The position numbers were made by a program, and so were the translations under genes. A stretch of DNA of 64,000 bases. Source: Chryseobacterium gleum. Lineage in GTDB: Bacteria > Bacteroidota > Bacteroidia > Flavobacteriales_F > PHOS-HE28. A model generated the notes under the pieces. That model was given only the letters and a program-made list of their open reading frames with translations. It did no database searches and was not told the origin of the DNA. Where the stretch lies: NCBI GenBank assembly GCA_945872795.1, contig CAMCAZ010000002.1:65298-129297 (forward strand), read 5' to 3'. Within the stretch, counting starts at the first letter, position 1. The number at the start of each line of letters is the position of its first letter. This document shows, piece by piece, positions 47,439-56,113 of the stretch.

Positions 47439-49145
47439 GTGCCCATGCCGGGCTCCACCATCCGTCGGTTCCATGTAGCACTGTGGGCCGCCCTCAGCGG
47501 TCTGCTGTGGGCAATGGCCTGGCCCGGCATCGGAGGGCTCAGCGCAGTGGCCTTTCTGGCCTGGGTCCCCCTGCTCCGCGCCGAGCAGTTGCACGATGAG
47601 CGTACGGCCGGACGACGACGTGCTTTTGTTCCCTATGTGCTGCTGGCGGTCTTCGTTTGGAATGCGGCCACCTCCTGGTGGTTCTTCCTGGTGAGCGAGC
47701 CCCTCTCCACACGCCTGATCAGCGGTTTGTCGCCCATGACGGTGAACGCCCTGCTCATGTGCGTGCCCTGGTTCCTCAAACGCTCGGTGCGTCGTTTTGG
47801 GGCCGAGCGCTTTTCGTTCGTCGCGCTCGTCATCTTCTGGCTTGCGTTGGAACGCATCCACCACGGCTGGGACCTGAAGTGGCCCTGGTTCACCATGGGC
47901 AATGTGTTCGCCACCAGGCCCCATTGGGTGCAGTGGTATGAGTACACCGGCGTTCTGGGTGGCTCGCTGTGGATCTGGCTGGTGAACCTGCTCCTGTTCC
48001 GCATCTGGCGTGCACGCTGCAGGGAACATGCTTGGGCCATACGCCCCATCGTGGCGTTTGGCGCAATGGTGCTGGTACCCATCATACTCTCCATCTGGCG
48101 GGCGGAGACCTATGAGGAACAGGGCCCGGTCGTGGAGGTGGTGATCGTCCAGCCGAACATCGACCCCTACACGCAGAAGTTCGGGGGCATGGATCCCATG
48201 GTCCAGCTGGATTCCATGTTGCATCTGGCCGAAGGGGTGCTTACCCCCGCCACCCGACTGGTAGTGATGCCCGAGACCGCCTTGCAGGAGGATGCCACCA
48301 TGGACCTGCGTGGGACGAAGCCGGAGCTGCATGGGCTGTGGGAGAACGACCTTCAGCGATCACGGAGCGCTGAGCGCATCCGCACATTCCAGGAGACATA
48401 TCCCAAGGTCGCGGTACTGACCGGCATGTCCTCGGCCTATCTCTTCGACATCGGGGCTGAACTGCCCGTGAGCGCTCGTCGGGTGCAGGGAACGGACCTG
48501 TGGTACGAGGCCTACAACGCGGCCCTGTTCCGACCGGTGAACGGACCTGTGGAGCACTACCACAAATCGAAACTGGTGGCCGGGGTGGAGATGATGCCGT
48601 TCGAACGTGTCCTTGGTAGGTTGAGCGCATTGTCGGTGGACCTGGGTGGCACCAGTGGTTCCTTGGGCCTGCAGGAAGAACGCAGCGTGTTGCGGGATAG
48701 CACCTCGGGTTTGGCGGTCATTCCGGCCATCTGCTACGAATCGGTGTTCGGCGAACATGTGGCGGCCCATGTGCGCAATGGCGGAAACGTGATCGCCATC
48801 ATGACCAACGACGGCTGGTGGGGCGACTCCCCCGGCCCCGTCCAGCACCTCGGTTTCGCATCCTTGCGGGCTATCGAGACGCGGCGCTCCATCGCCCGTT
48901 CGGCCAACACGGGCATCTCCTGCTGGGTGGATCAACGGGGTGTGATCCATGACCCCACGGCATGGTGGGAACCCACGGCCATCCGTGCTTCCTTGAGGCT
49001 GAATGAGGAACGCACCTTTTTCGTGCGGCACGGTGATCTCGTCGGCCGCTCGGCGATCATCCTGTCCATCCTTCTGTTGCTCTGGATCATGGTCCGTTGG
49101 GTACAGCACAAGCGATCGATGTCGGTCCCGTCAGATGTGCGGTGA
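47439..49145 (+). CDS. lnt: apolipoprotein N-acyltransferase
   Basis: An N-terminal polytopic domain plus a CN-hydrolase domain (VVIVQPNIDPYTQKF...VVMPETAL...AICYESVFGE...NDGWWGDSPGPVQH). Confidence 0.85.
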   Translation: MPMPGSTIRRFHVALWAALSGLLWAMAWPGIGGLSAVAFLAWVPLLRAEQLHDERTAGRRRAFVPYVLLAVFVWNAATSWWFFLVSEPLSTRLISGLSPMTVNALLMCVPWFLKRSVRRFGAERFSFVALVIFWLALERIHHGWDLKWPWFTMGNVFATRPHWVQWYEYTGVLGGSLWIWLVNLLLFRIWRARCREHAWAIRPIVAFGAMVLVPIILSIWRAETYEEQGPVVEVVIVQPNIDPYTQKFGGMDPMVQLDSMLHLAEGVLTPATRLVVMPETALQEDATMDLRGTKPELHGLWENDLQRSRSAERIRTFQETYPKVAVLTGMSSAYLFDIGAELPVSARRVQGTDLWYEAYNAALFRPVNGPVEHYHKSKLVAGVEMMPFERVLGRLSALSVDLGGTSGSLGLQEERSVLRDSTSGLAVIPAICYESVFGEHVAAHVRNGGNVIAIMTNDGWWGDSPGPVQHLGFASLRAIETRRSIARSANTGISCWVDQRGVIHDPTAWWEPTAIRASLRLNEERTFFVRHGDLVGRSAIILSILLLLWIMVRWVQHKRSMSVPSDVR

Positions 49146-49205
49146 TCCCTGCGGTCGGTCGCTGGATGCGTTGTCCGTCACGGTCTCCGAGGTCTTCGCG
49201 CAACG

Positions 49206-50465
49206 ATGCCAAGGTGCGCTCCGATAACTTGGTCCCCTGTGCGAAGGACCATTCCCCTCGGTTCCCAGGTACCGGCGATCCCGGCGGTGCTGCGTGAGCA
49301 TGCTCATTTCCTGTATCGCCGGACCGCCGATCAGGCACGCGCCGTACTGGGGATCGGTGCGGTCGCACATGCACCAGCGCCCACGTTCGACGTCCACGGC
49401 AAAGCCACGGACTGGTACTTCGGACACCTCTGTTATGAATGGGTCGATCCGAAGGGGCAGGTCATGGATAGAATGGATGGGCTCCCCAATTCGGACTGGT
49501 GGGTGCCCCGGTGGGTGGTGGAATGGGTGAACGGAGAAGCCGTCCTGCACGCGAGGGTGGGTGATGAAGAGGCGACGGATGCCCTGATCGCGCGGATCCA
49601 CGAGCCGGTGGAGGACGATGGCCGTTCCCTGCGTTCGCCATGGCAGGTGCGCACATCCCGCGAAGAACATCTCGAGCGCACCAAGGTGCTGATGCAGCAC
49701 ATCCAGCGGGGCGACATCTATGAGGTGAACTATTGCACGGAACGCACCTCGGATTGGTCCGCCATCGATCCCTTCCTGGCCTTTGTCCGGCTGTTGCGAC
49801 GGTCCGAAGCCCCCTTCGCCGCCTTCCATCGTCACGGGGAGCACTTCGCCCTGTGCGCAAGTCCCGAACGCTACCTGGCCATGGACGGCGACCGTGTGGT
49901 GGGCGAGCCCATGAAGGGCACGCGGCCGCGTGCGAGCGATCCGGTGGAGGACGAGCGCCTGCGCCAGGAACTGATGTCCGATGCCAAGGAGCGAAGCGAG
50001 AACATCATGGCGCTGGATGTGATGCGGCATGACCTGTCGCGCATCGCCCGGCCGGGCAGTGTGCGCGTGGAAGCCCTCTGTGCCGTTCGGAGCTATCCAC
50101 GGGTGCATCAACTGGTCAGCACGGTCTCCGCGCTCAGGGCGGATCGGTTCTCGGCCTTTGATGTGGCGCGCATCGCATTCCCCATGGCCAGTATGACCGG
50201 TGCGCCGAAGGCCCGGGCCATGGAGCTCATCCAGGAAGCCGAATGCGGCGGGAGAGGGCTCTTCAGCGGATCGTTGGGTTATTTTTCACCCCATGGAGAT
50301 GCGGACCTGAACGTGGTGATCCGCGCCGTGCTGTTCAACATGGCCACCGGACATGCCTCCCTGCGTACGGGCAGTGCGCTCACGGCGCGCTGCGAGCCGG
50401 CCCTGGAGTGGGAGGAGTGCGAGTTCAAAGCGCGTTCGGTCATCGAAGCCCTGGAACATGCGTGA
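49206..50465 (+). CDS. pabB: chorismate-binding enzyme, aminodeoxychorismate synthase component I-like
   Basis: C-terminal chorismate-utilising signature (GDIYEVNYC...SPERYL...PMKGTRPR...ENIMALDVMRHDLSRI...MASMTGAPKARAMELIQEAE). The start is uncertain. Confidence 0.7.
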   Translation: MPRCAPITWSPVRRTIPLGSQVPAIPAVLREHAHFLYRRTADQARAVLGIGAVAHAPAPTFDVHGKATDWYFGHLCYEWVDPKGQVMDRMDGLPNSDWWVPRWVVEWVNGEAVLHARVGDEEATDALIARIHEPVEDDGRSLRSPWQVRTSREEHLERTKVLMQHIQRGDIYEVNYCTERTSDWSAIDPFLAFVRLLRRSEAPFAAFHRHGEHFALCASPERYLAMDGDRVVGEPMKGTRPRASDPVEDERLRQELMSDAKERSENIMALDVMRHDLSRIARPGSVRVEALCAVRSYPRVHQLVSTVSALRADRFSAFDVARIAFPMASMTGAPKARAMELIQEAECGGRGLFSGSLGYFSPHGDADLNVVIRAVLFNMATGHASLRTGSALTARCEPALEWEECEFKARSVIEALEHA

Positions 50466-51780
50466 ACGGGTGGCCCGCACCATTGCCCGCCATGCACTGC
50501 TGCAACCGGGCGAAGCGCTGTGGGTGGCGGTAAGCGGCGGTGTGGACAGCATGGTGCTCCTCCACGTGCTGCGCTCATTGGGCCATCCCGTTCAGGTGGT
50601 GCATGTGGACCATGGACTCCGCGGTCCGGAAAGCGATGCCGACCGGGCCTTGGTTCGGGATCACTGTGCCCAACACGGCATCCCGTTCCATGTGGAAGCG
50701 GTGGATGTGCGGGCGGCCATGGAGCGCATGGGCGGCTCGGTGCAGATGGCCGCGCGCGTGGAACGGTATGCGGTCTTCGAACGCCTGATGAACAGCGGTG
50801 CGCACAAGCTGGCCATGGCCCACCACGCGGATGATGTGGTGGAGACCGCGCTCATGAACCTCCTGCAGGGAATGGGTCAACATGGCTGGAAGAGCATTCC
50901 TGTCAAACGCGCCGGTTTCATCCGTCCGCTGATCGATCAGGACCGTGCCGCCATTGAGCGTTACGCCGCCGAACATGGAATTCCCTTTCGGACGGATGCC
51001 AGTAACACAGATCCGAAGTACCTCCGTAGCCGGGTGCGCAGCACCTTGCTACCCATGTTGGAGGAACTGAGGCCCGGTGTCCGTGAAGTGCTCCATCGCA
51101 ACATGCGGCTCGCCCGCGAACTGGATGTGCTGGCCCAAGAACGCTCGGCGGAACTGCTGCGCAGCGTTCGGACCGATGAGGATGGGGTGCGACATCTGCC
51201 TGCGGAGCTGCTGCTGAAAAGCGGCGCTCCCCACGCCCTGCTGCTGACCTTGTTGGAGGGTGAAGGATTCCACCCCGATCGCATCGAGGCCATGGTCACA
51301 GCGCTGGAGGATGGTCGTGTGGGAAGCAGCTTCTTTGGGAATGATGTGCTTGTCCACGTGGACCGGAGCGAACTGGTCCTCGCCCCGCTGCCGACCGAAT
51401 CACCAAGTTGGACCATCAACGATCTCGCTCATCCTCCGCATGGCCTGCCCATGGCCATCGATCACGTGGATGCCTCCGACATCGGCGTCGGTCTCGTACC
51501 CACCAACGTGGTGGCCTGGTTCGATGCCTCTGCAATCGCACTTCCGCTGGAACTCCGTCCGTGGCGACAGGGCGATCGCATGCAGCCCGCAGGCATGGCG
51601 GGGACCAAGCTCATCAGCGATGTCCTGATCGATGCCAAGGTGCCCCTCTACCGGAAACACCGGGTGTATGTGCTCGCCGACCGCGAACGCATCCTGTGGT
51701 GCTGCGGCCTGCGCATGGCCGATGCGACCAAGGCCGATCCTGCCACGGGACGGGTGGTCCGGTTCATCTGGCAAGGCTGA
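50458..51780 (+). CDS. tilS: tRNA(Ile)-lysidine synthetase
   Basis: Met at 50458 (MRERVARTIARHALL); PP-loop SGGVDSMVLLHVL; 8-nt overlap with pabB. Confidence 0.85.
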   Translation: MRERVARTIARHALLQPGEALWVAVSGGVDSMVLLHVLRSLGHPVQVVHVDHGLRGPESDADRALVRDHCAQHGIPFHVEAVDVRAAMERMGGSVQMAARVERYAVFERLMNSGAHKLAMAHHADDVVETALMNLLQGMGQHGWKSIPVKRAGFIRPLIDQDRAAIERYAAEHGIPFRTDASNTDPKYLRSRVRSTLLPMLEELRPGVREVLHRNMRLARELDVLAQERSAELLRSVRTDEDGVRHLPAELLLKSGAPHALLLTLLEGEGFHPDRIEAMVTALEDGRVGSSFFGNDVLVHVDRSELVLAPLPTESPSWTINDLAHPPHGLPMAIDHVDASDIGVGLVPTNVVAWFDASAIALPLELRPWRQGDRMQPAGMAGTKLISDVLIDAKVPLYRKHRVYVLADRERILWCCGLRMADATKADPATGRVVRFIWQG

Positions 51781-51862
51781 GCCGGGAAGTTCGCGCTGCC
51801 CGAAAAGTTGGGATCGGTCCAAGCTTGTACTAACTTCAAGGTTCCTCAACCCCCCCAACGTC

Positions 51863-52153
51863 ATGATTGACAGTCGCGCAACCCTGATCCCCAAGGAGCA
51901 TATCCCGGCACTGCGTTTCCCCCAGGTACCGGTGGCGATCACCGTGGACCAACGACGGGCCATCCTCAGCACCCTGAAGATCGCCACACGGCTGGGCAAC
52001 GGTGAGCATGGTAAGTGCCGCATCCTGTTCCAGGACGATCAGGGATTGAAGGCCGTGGAGACCACCATCTGGACCTATGACCCCGAGAACATCGTGCTGA
52101 AGTACGGGACCACGATACCCGTTTACAGGGTCGTGAGCATTGACATTCCTTAA
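51863..52153 (+). CDS. hypothetical small protein (96 aa)
   Basis: The internal Met MIDSRATLIPKEHIPALRFPQVPVAITVDQRRAILSTLKIATRLGNGEHGKCRILFQDDQGL..., with a weak PilZ-like R..R / G.G pattern. No confident family. Confidence 0.35.
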   Translation: MIDSRATLIPKEHIPALRFPQVPVAITVDQRRAILSTLKIATRLGNGEHGKCRILFQDDQGLKAVETTIWTYDPENIVLKYGTTIPVYRVVSIDIP

Positions 52154-52244
52154 CATTGGCGGGGCCTCATAGGATCGCAAGGATCTTGGCAAGCACTTGG
52201 CGAACGCTGTCAGGTGCTGGCTAGCTTTGCGACCGTTGTAAGCC

Positions 52245-52700
52245 ATGATCGCCGCACTCATCCTATTCCTCGGGCTGGCCCTGCCCCAACCTTCGACACC
52301 TGTCGATTGGAAGTTCAGCGCCGTGCTGCGGGCGGATGGAACGGTGGAGGTCCGCTGTGATGCCCGGCTTGATGAAGGCTGGCATGTGTATGCCACCGAA
52401 CTTCCCAGCACGGACGGGCCCATCGCGACCTCCATCCGCATCACGCCATCCGCATCATACGGCGCGGTGATCGCGCTCGAAGAGCCCGCACCGAAGGAGG
52501 AGTACGACCCGAACTTCGGAATGGTCGTGCGCTACCACGCCGGTACGCCACGCTTCGTCGTCCTGTTGAAACCCGCCACCGCCGAAACATTCACGGTTAA
52601 AGGCGAGGTGGAGTACATGGTCTGTAACGACAAGACCTGCCTGCCACCGGTCGTAGTACCCTTCGATGTGCCTGTCCAGGCAGAATCCCCGAAACGATGA
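52245..52700 (+). CDS. stand-alone DsbD N-terminal (alpha) domain paralog
   Basis: A 151-aa protein with a signal peptide and YMVCNDKTCLPP, which parallels FEYMTCDDEMCLPP in the N-domain of the downstream full-length DsbD. It overlaps the dsbD start by 4 nt. Confidence 0.6.
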   Translation: MIAALILFLGLALPQPSTPVDWKFSAVLRADGTVEVRCDARLDEGWHVYATELPSTDGPIATSIRITPSASYGAVIALEEPAPKEEYDPNFGMVVRYHAGTPRFVVLLKPATAETFTVKGEVEYMVCNDKTCLPPVVVPFDVPVQAESPKR

Positions 52701-54754
52701 TGTATCGCATTCTTCTCGCACTGAGCTCAGTGCTGTTGGCCGGGCTTCTGAACGCCCAGATGCCGGGTCAGGAGGCCGCTCCCGATCCCGTGAAATGGTC
52801 CATCACCTCGAAGTCCGTGGGGGAGGGCGCCTGGGAGCTTGTGTTCCGGGCCGACATCCAATCCGGATGGTCCGTGTATTCCCAAGTGAACTACGGGGAC
52901 ATGGGTCCCTGGCCGACCTCCGTCGTCATTGACTCCATCGGTGGCGTGCAGGTCGTGGGCGAGGTTGCTGAGACCGGGGAAAAGGTCATCGACGGCCATG
53001 ACCCGGTCTTCGACATGCAGGTGAAGAAGTTCAAGGGCTGGGCCACCTTCACCCAACGCATCAGCACCAAGGATGCCGCCACACCGGTCACCGGCCACTT
53101 CGAGTACATGACCTGTGATGATGAGATGTGCCTGCCGCCCGCCACGGTATACTACATCCTCGGGCTGGGCTCGGGGACCTATGAGCTGGGCGACATCTCC
53201 TTCGACCCCAATGACCCGAAGTTCGCCGGGATCAGCACCCGCACGGATGCGGCCGAACTGAAGATGCCGAACGTGGACCTGGAGAACCCCGTGGTGCGCG
53301 ACGCCGGACTTCGCAAGGACGATGAAAGTTCCCTGCTGTGGATCTTCATGCTGGGATGCATCGGCGGTCTGGTGGCCCTGCTCACGCCCTGTGTGTTCCC
53401 CATGATCCCCCTCACGGTGAGCTTCTTCACCAAGAGCAGCCAGGACCGTGCATCGGGCTTGAAGAACGCGCTCACCTACGGCGGCTTCATCCTGCTCATC
53501 TACCTCATCTTCAGCCTGCCCTTCCACCTCCTCGGCAGCGTGAACCCCGAGATCTTCAACGAGATCAGCACCAACCCCTGGCTCAACATTTTCTTCTTCG
53601 TCATCTTCATCATCTTCTCCATCTCGTTCTTCGGCTACTTCGAGATCACCCTGCCGAGCAGTTGGGTGAACAAGATGGACTCCAACGCCAGCAAGTTCGG
53701 CGGCCTCATCGGCACCTTCTTCATGGCGCTCACCCTCGCGCTGGTGTCGTTCAGCTGCACGGGTCCCATCCTCGGGTCCCTGCTGGCCGGAGCGCTCACG
53801 GCCGATGGCGGTGCCTGGCAGTTAACCGCCGGCATGGGTGGCTTCGGCTTCGCGCTGGCCCTGCCCTTCGGCCTCTTCGCGCTCTTCCCTGGATGGTTGA
53901 ACAGCCTGCCCCGCAGCGGCAGCTGGCTCAATAGCGTGAAGGTGGTGCTTGGCTTCGTGGAAGTGGCCCTGGCGTTCAAGTTCCTCAGCATGGCCGATCT
54001 GGTGATGAAATGGGGCCTGATCCCCTACGAGCTTTTCCTGACCATCTGGGTGCTGTGCGGCCTCGGCATCGTACTGTACCTGCTCGGCAAGATCAAGTTC
54101 CCCCACGATAGCCCGGTGAAGAAGTTCTCCGCCTCACGCATCGCCTTCATCGCCATTTTCTTCGGCATCACCGCCTACATGTCCTATGGCTTCCGCTATG
54201 ATGACAAGGCCAAGACCTTCGCTCCGGTGGGCCTGCTCAGCGGCATCTCGCCATCACCGGGCTACAGCTGGATCTATCCCACCGAATGCCCGGCAGGCCT
54301 GACCTGTTTCCACGACCTGGAGAGCGGCCAGGCCGAGGCGAAACGCACCGGCAAGCCCATGCTCGTGGACTTCACGGGATATGGTTGCGCGAACTGCCGG
54401 AAGATGGAGGACTACGTGTGGCCCGTGCCGGACATCAATCGGGTGATCAACGACGAGTTCGTCCTGGTGTCGCTCTATGTGGATGCGAAATCCGAACTGC
54501 CGAAAGAGGAGCAGTTCATCTATGAGACCAGCAACGGCACCAAGAAACCGATCCTCACCATCGGGAACAAATGGGCCACGCTGCAGACCGAGACCTTCAA
54601 GAGCGCCACCCAGCCCTTGTATGCGCTGCTCAGCCCGGATGGTGAGCTCCTCACCGATCCTGTGGGATACACGCCCGCCGTGGAGGACTACAAGGCCTTC
54701 CTGGAACGCGGTCTCCAAGGCATGCAGGTACTGGGCGGGCAGGCCTCACGCTGA
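52697..54754 (+). CDS. dsbD: thiol:disulfide interchange protein DsbD (N-domain, CcdA-like TM core, C-terminal thioredoxin)
   Basis: A 685-aa protein with the N-domain Cys pair (MTCDDEMC), a TM core with LLTPCVFPMIPL and SFSCTGPILG cysteines, and a C-terminal thioredoxin fold with GYGCANCRKME. Confidence 0.85.
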   Translation: MMYRILLALSSVLLAGLLNAQMPGQEAAPDPVKWSITSKSVGEGAWELVFRADIQSGWSVYSQVNYGDMGPWPTSVVIDSIGGVQVVGEVAETGEKVIDGHDPVFDMQVKKFKGWATFTQRISTKDAATPVTGHFEYMTCDDEMCLPPATVYYILGLGSGTYELGDISFDPNDPKFAGISTRTDAAELKMPNVDLENPVVRDAGLRKDDESSLLWIFMLGCIGGLVALLTPCVFPMIPLTVSFFTKSSQDRASGLKNALTYGGFILLIYLIFSLPFHLLGSVNPEIFNEISTNPWLNIFFFVIFIIFSISFFGYFEITLPSSWVNKMDSNASKFGGLIGTFFMALTLALVSFSCTGPILGSLLAGALTADGGAWQLTAGMGGFGFALALPFGLFALFPGWLNSLPRSGSWLNSVKVVLGFVEVALAFKFLSMADLVMKWGLIPYELFLTIWVLCGLGIVLYLLGKIKFPHDSPVKKFSASRIAFIAIFFGITAYMSYGFRYDDKAKTFAPVGLLSGISPSPGYSWIYPTECPAGLTCFHDLESGQAEAKRTGKPMLVDFTGYGCANCRKMEDYVWPVPDINRVINDEFVLVSLYVDAKSELPKEEQFIYETSNGTKKPILTIGNKWATLQTETFKSATQPLYALLSPDGELLTDPVGYTPAVEDYKAFLERGLQGMQVLGGQASR

Positions 54755-54867
54755 GCCGCGGGAAGAACTTTGCAAGGGGACATTTCCTCCTTGCTTGGAT
54801 TTTCGTCAGAACATTGCCATATTATCCACCGGTCGATTGACGAATAATCCGTCAGGCGGTCGGTAGC

Positions 54868-55395
54868 ATGGTAGCAGAAGCATGGCCTGAAGAGGCGATC
54901 GCCGCGCGCATCCATTGGATCCGTGGGCAAAAGGTGATGTTGGCGCACGACCTGGCGCTGTTGTATGACGTGCCCACCAAGCGCTTGAATGAGCAGGTGA
55001 AGCGGAACATCGACCGGTTCCCGGCGGACTTCATGTTCCTGCTCGACGGAAACGAATGGGACATCTTGCGGTCGCGATCTGCGACTTCAAGATCATGGGG
55101 AGGTCGGCGCACACCGCCCTTTGCTTTCACCGAACACGGAGTGCTCATGCTTTCCAGTGTGCTCAACAGCGAACACGCCATCGCGGTGAACATCCGGATC
55201 ATGCGGGTCTTCGTACGGCTCAACCGCATCCTGCAGAACGATCTGGAGCTGCAGCTCCGTGTGGAGCGCATGGAGGGTCGGCAGGAGCGGACGGATGATG
55301 CTCTCGGTGAGCTCTTCGAAGCCGTGAAACAGCTCATGGAGGGACCCTTGGGCGACCGCCTGCGGATCGGGTACAAGGGTGGCGATCCCATTTGA
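54868..55395 (+). CDS. ORF6N (KilA-N family) domain protein
   Basis: KVMLAHDLALLYDVPTKRLNEQVKRNIDRFPADFMFLL...PFAFTEHGVLMLSSVLNSEHAIAVNIRIMRVF is the canonical ORF6N signature, followed by a coiled-coil C-terminus. An AT-richer leader lies at 54790-54867. Confidence 0.75.
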   Translation: MVAEAWPEEAIAARIHWIRGQKVMLAHDLALLYDVPTKRLNEQVKRNIDRFPADFMFLLDGNEWDILRSRSATSRSWGGRRTPPFAFTEHGVLMLSSVLNSEHAIAVNIRIMRVFVRLNRILQNDLELQLRVERMEGRQERTDDALGELFEAVKQLMEGPLGDRLRIGYKGGDPI

Positions 55396-55410
55396 TGCAT
55401 CTTTGGAACA

Positions 55411-56013
55411 ATGAGCACCGACCGCATCCGATCGCACTTCACCGAAGCCGGTGATGTGCTCCAGCGCTTCCTGGCCGACCCCGCCAACATCGCCGCCGTG
55501 GAGCAGGCTGCCGCCTTCATGAGCTACTGCCTCAAGCAGGGCGCCAAGATCATCAGCTGCGGCAACGGCGGAAGCATGTGCGATGCCATGCACTTCGCGG
55601 AAGAGCTCACCGGCCGATACCGCGATGACCGCGGTCCGATCGCGGCATTGAGCATCAGTGACCCCAGCCACCTGACCTGCGTGGGGAACGATCATGGCTT
55701 CGACCAGGTGTTCGCACGCTTCGTGCAGGCGCACGGCAGGGAAGGAGACGTGCTGCTCGCCATCAGCACCAGCGGAAACAGCACGAACGTGTTGAAGGCC
55801 GCCGAGGTGGCCCGTGACAAGCACATGCACGTGATCGGTCTCACCGGCAAGGACGGTGGCAAGCTCGCCGACCTCTGCACCGTGGAGATCCGCGTGCCCC
55901 ACGCCGGCTATGCCGACCGTATCCAGGAGGTGCACATCAAGGTGATCCACGCCTTCATCGATCACATCGAACGCGACATGGCCGAACCACGCCGTCGTGA
56001 CCCCAACGCTTGA
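55411..56013 (+). CDS. gmhA: D-sedoheptulose-7-phosphate isomerase (SIS domain)
   Basis: [37 protein letters not shown]; 200 aa. Confidence 0.85.
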   Translation: MSTDRIRSHFTEAGDVLQRFLADPANIAAVEQAAAFMSYCLKQGAKIISCGNGGSMCDAMHFAEELTGRYRDDRGPIAALSISDPSHLTCVGNDHGFDQVFARFVQAHGREGDVLLAISTSGNSTNVLKAAEVARDKHMHVIGLTGKDGGKLADLCTVEIRVPHAGYADRIQEVHIKVIHAFIDHIERDMAEPRRRDPNA

Positions 56014-56113
56014 TCGATGGGTTCCATTGGCATCATCCACTATCCCCGTATCCGCATAGGTCGACAAGATGGGTCGGCGCTGAAGCGGCTTTGGGTGTGA
56101 TCGACCATCAGCC

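Noticed and set aside
51632-51862. Upstream 77 codons of ORF 51632-52153 (Cys/Gly/Ser-rich)
   Set aside because: They overlap the 3' end of tilS in another frame and look like a GC artefact. A Met at 51863 gives a compact 96-aa product.
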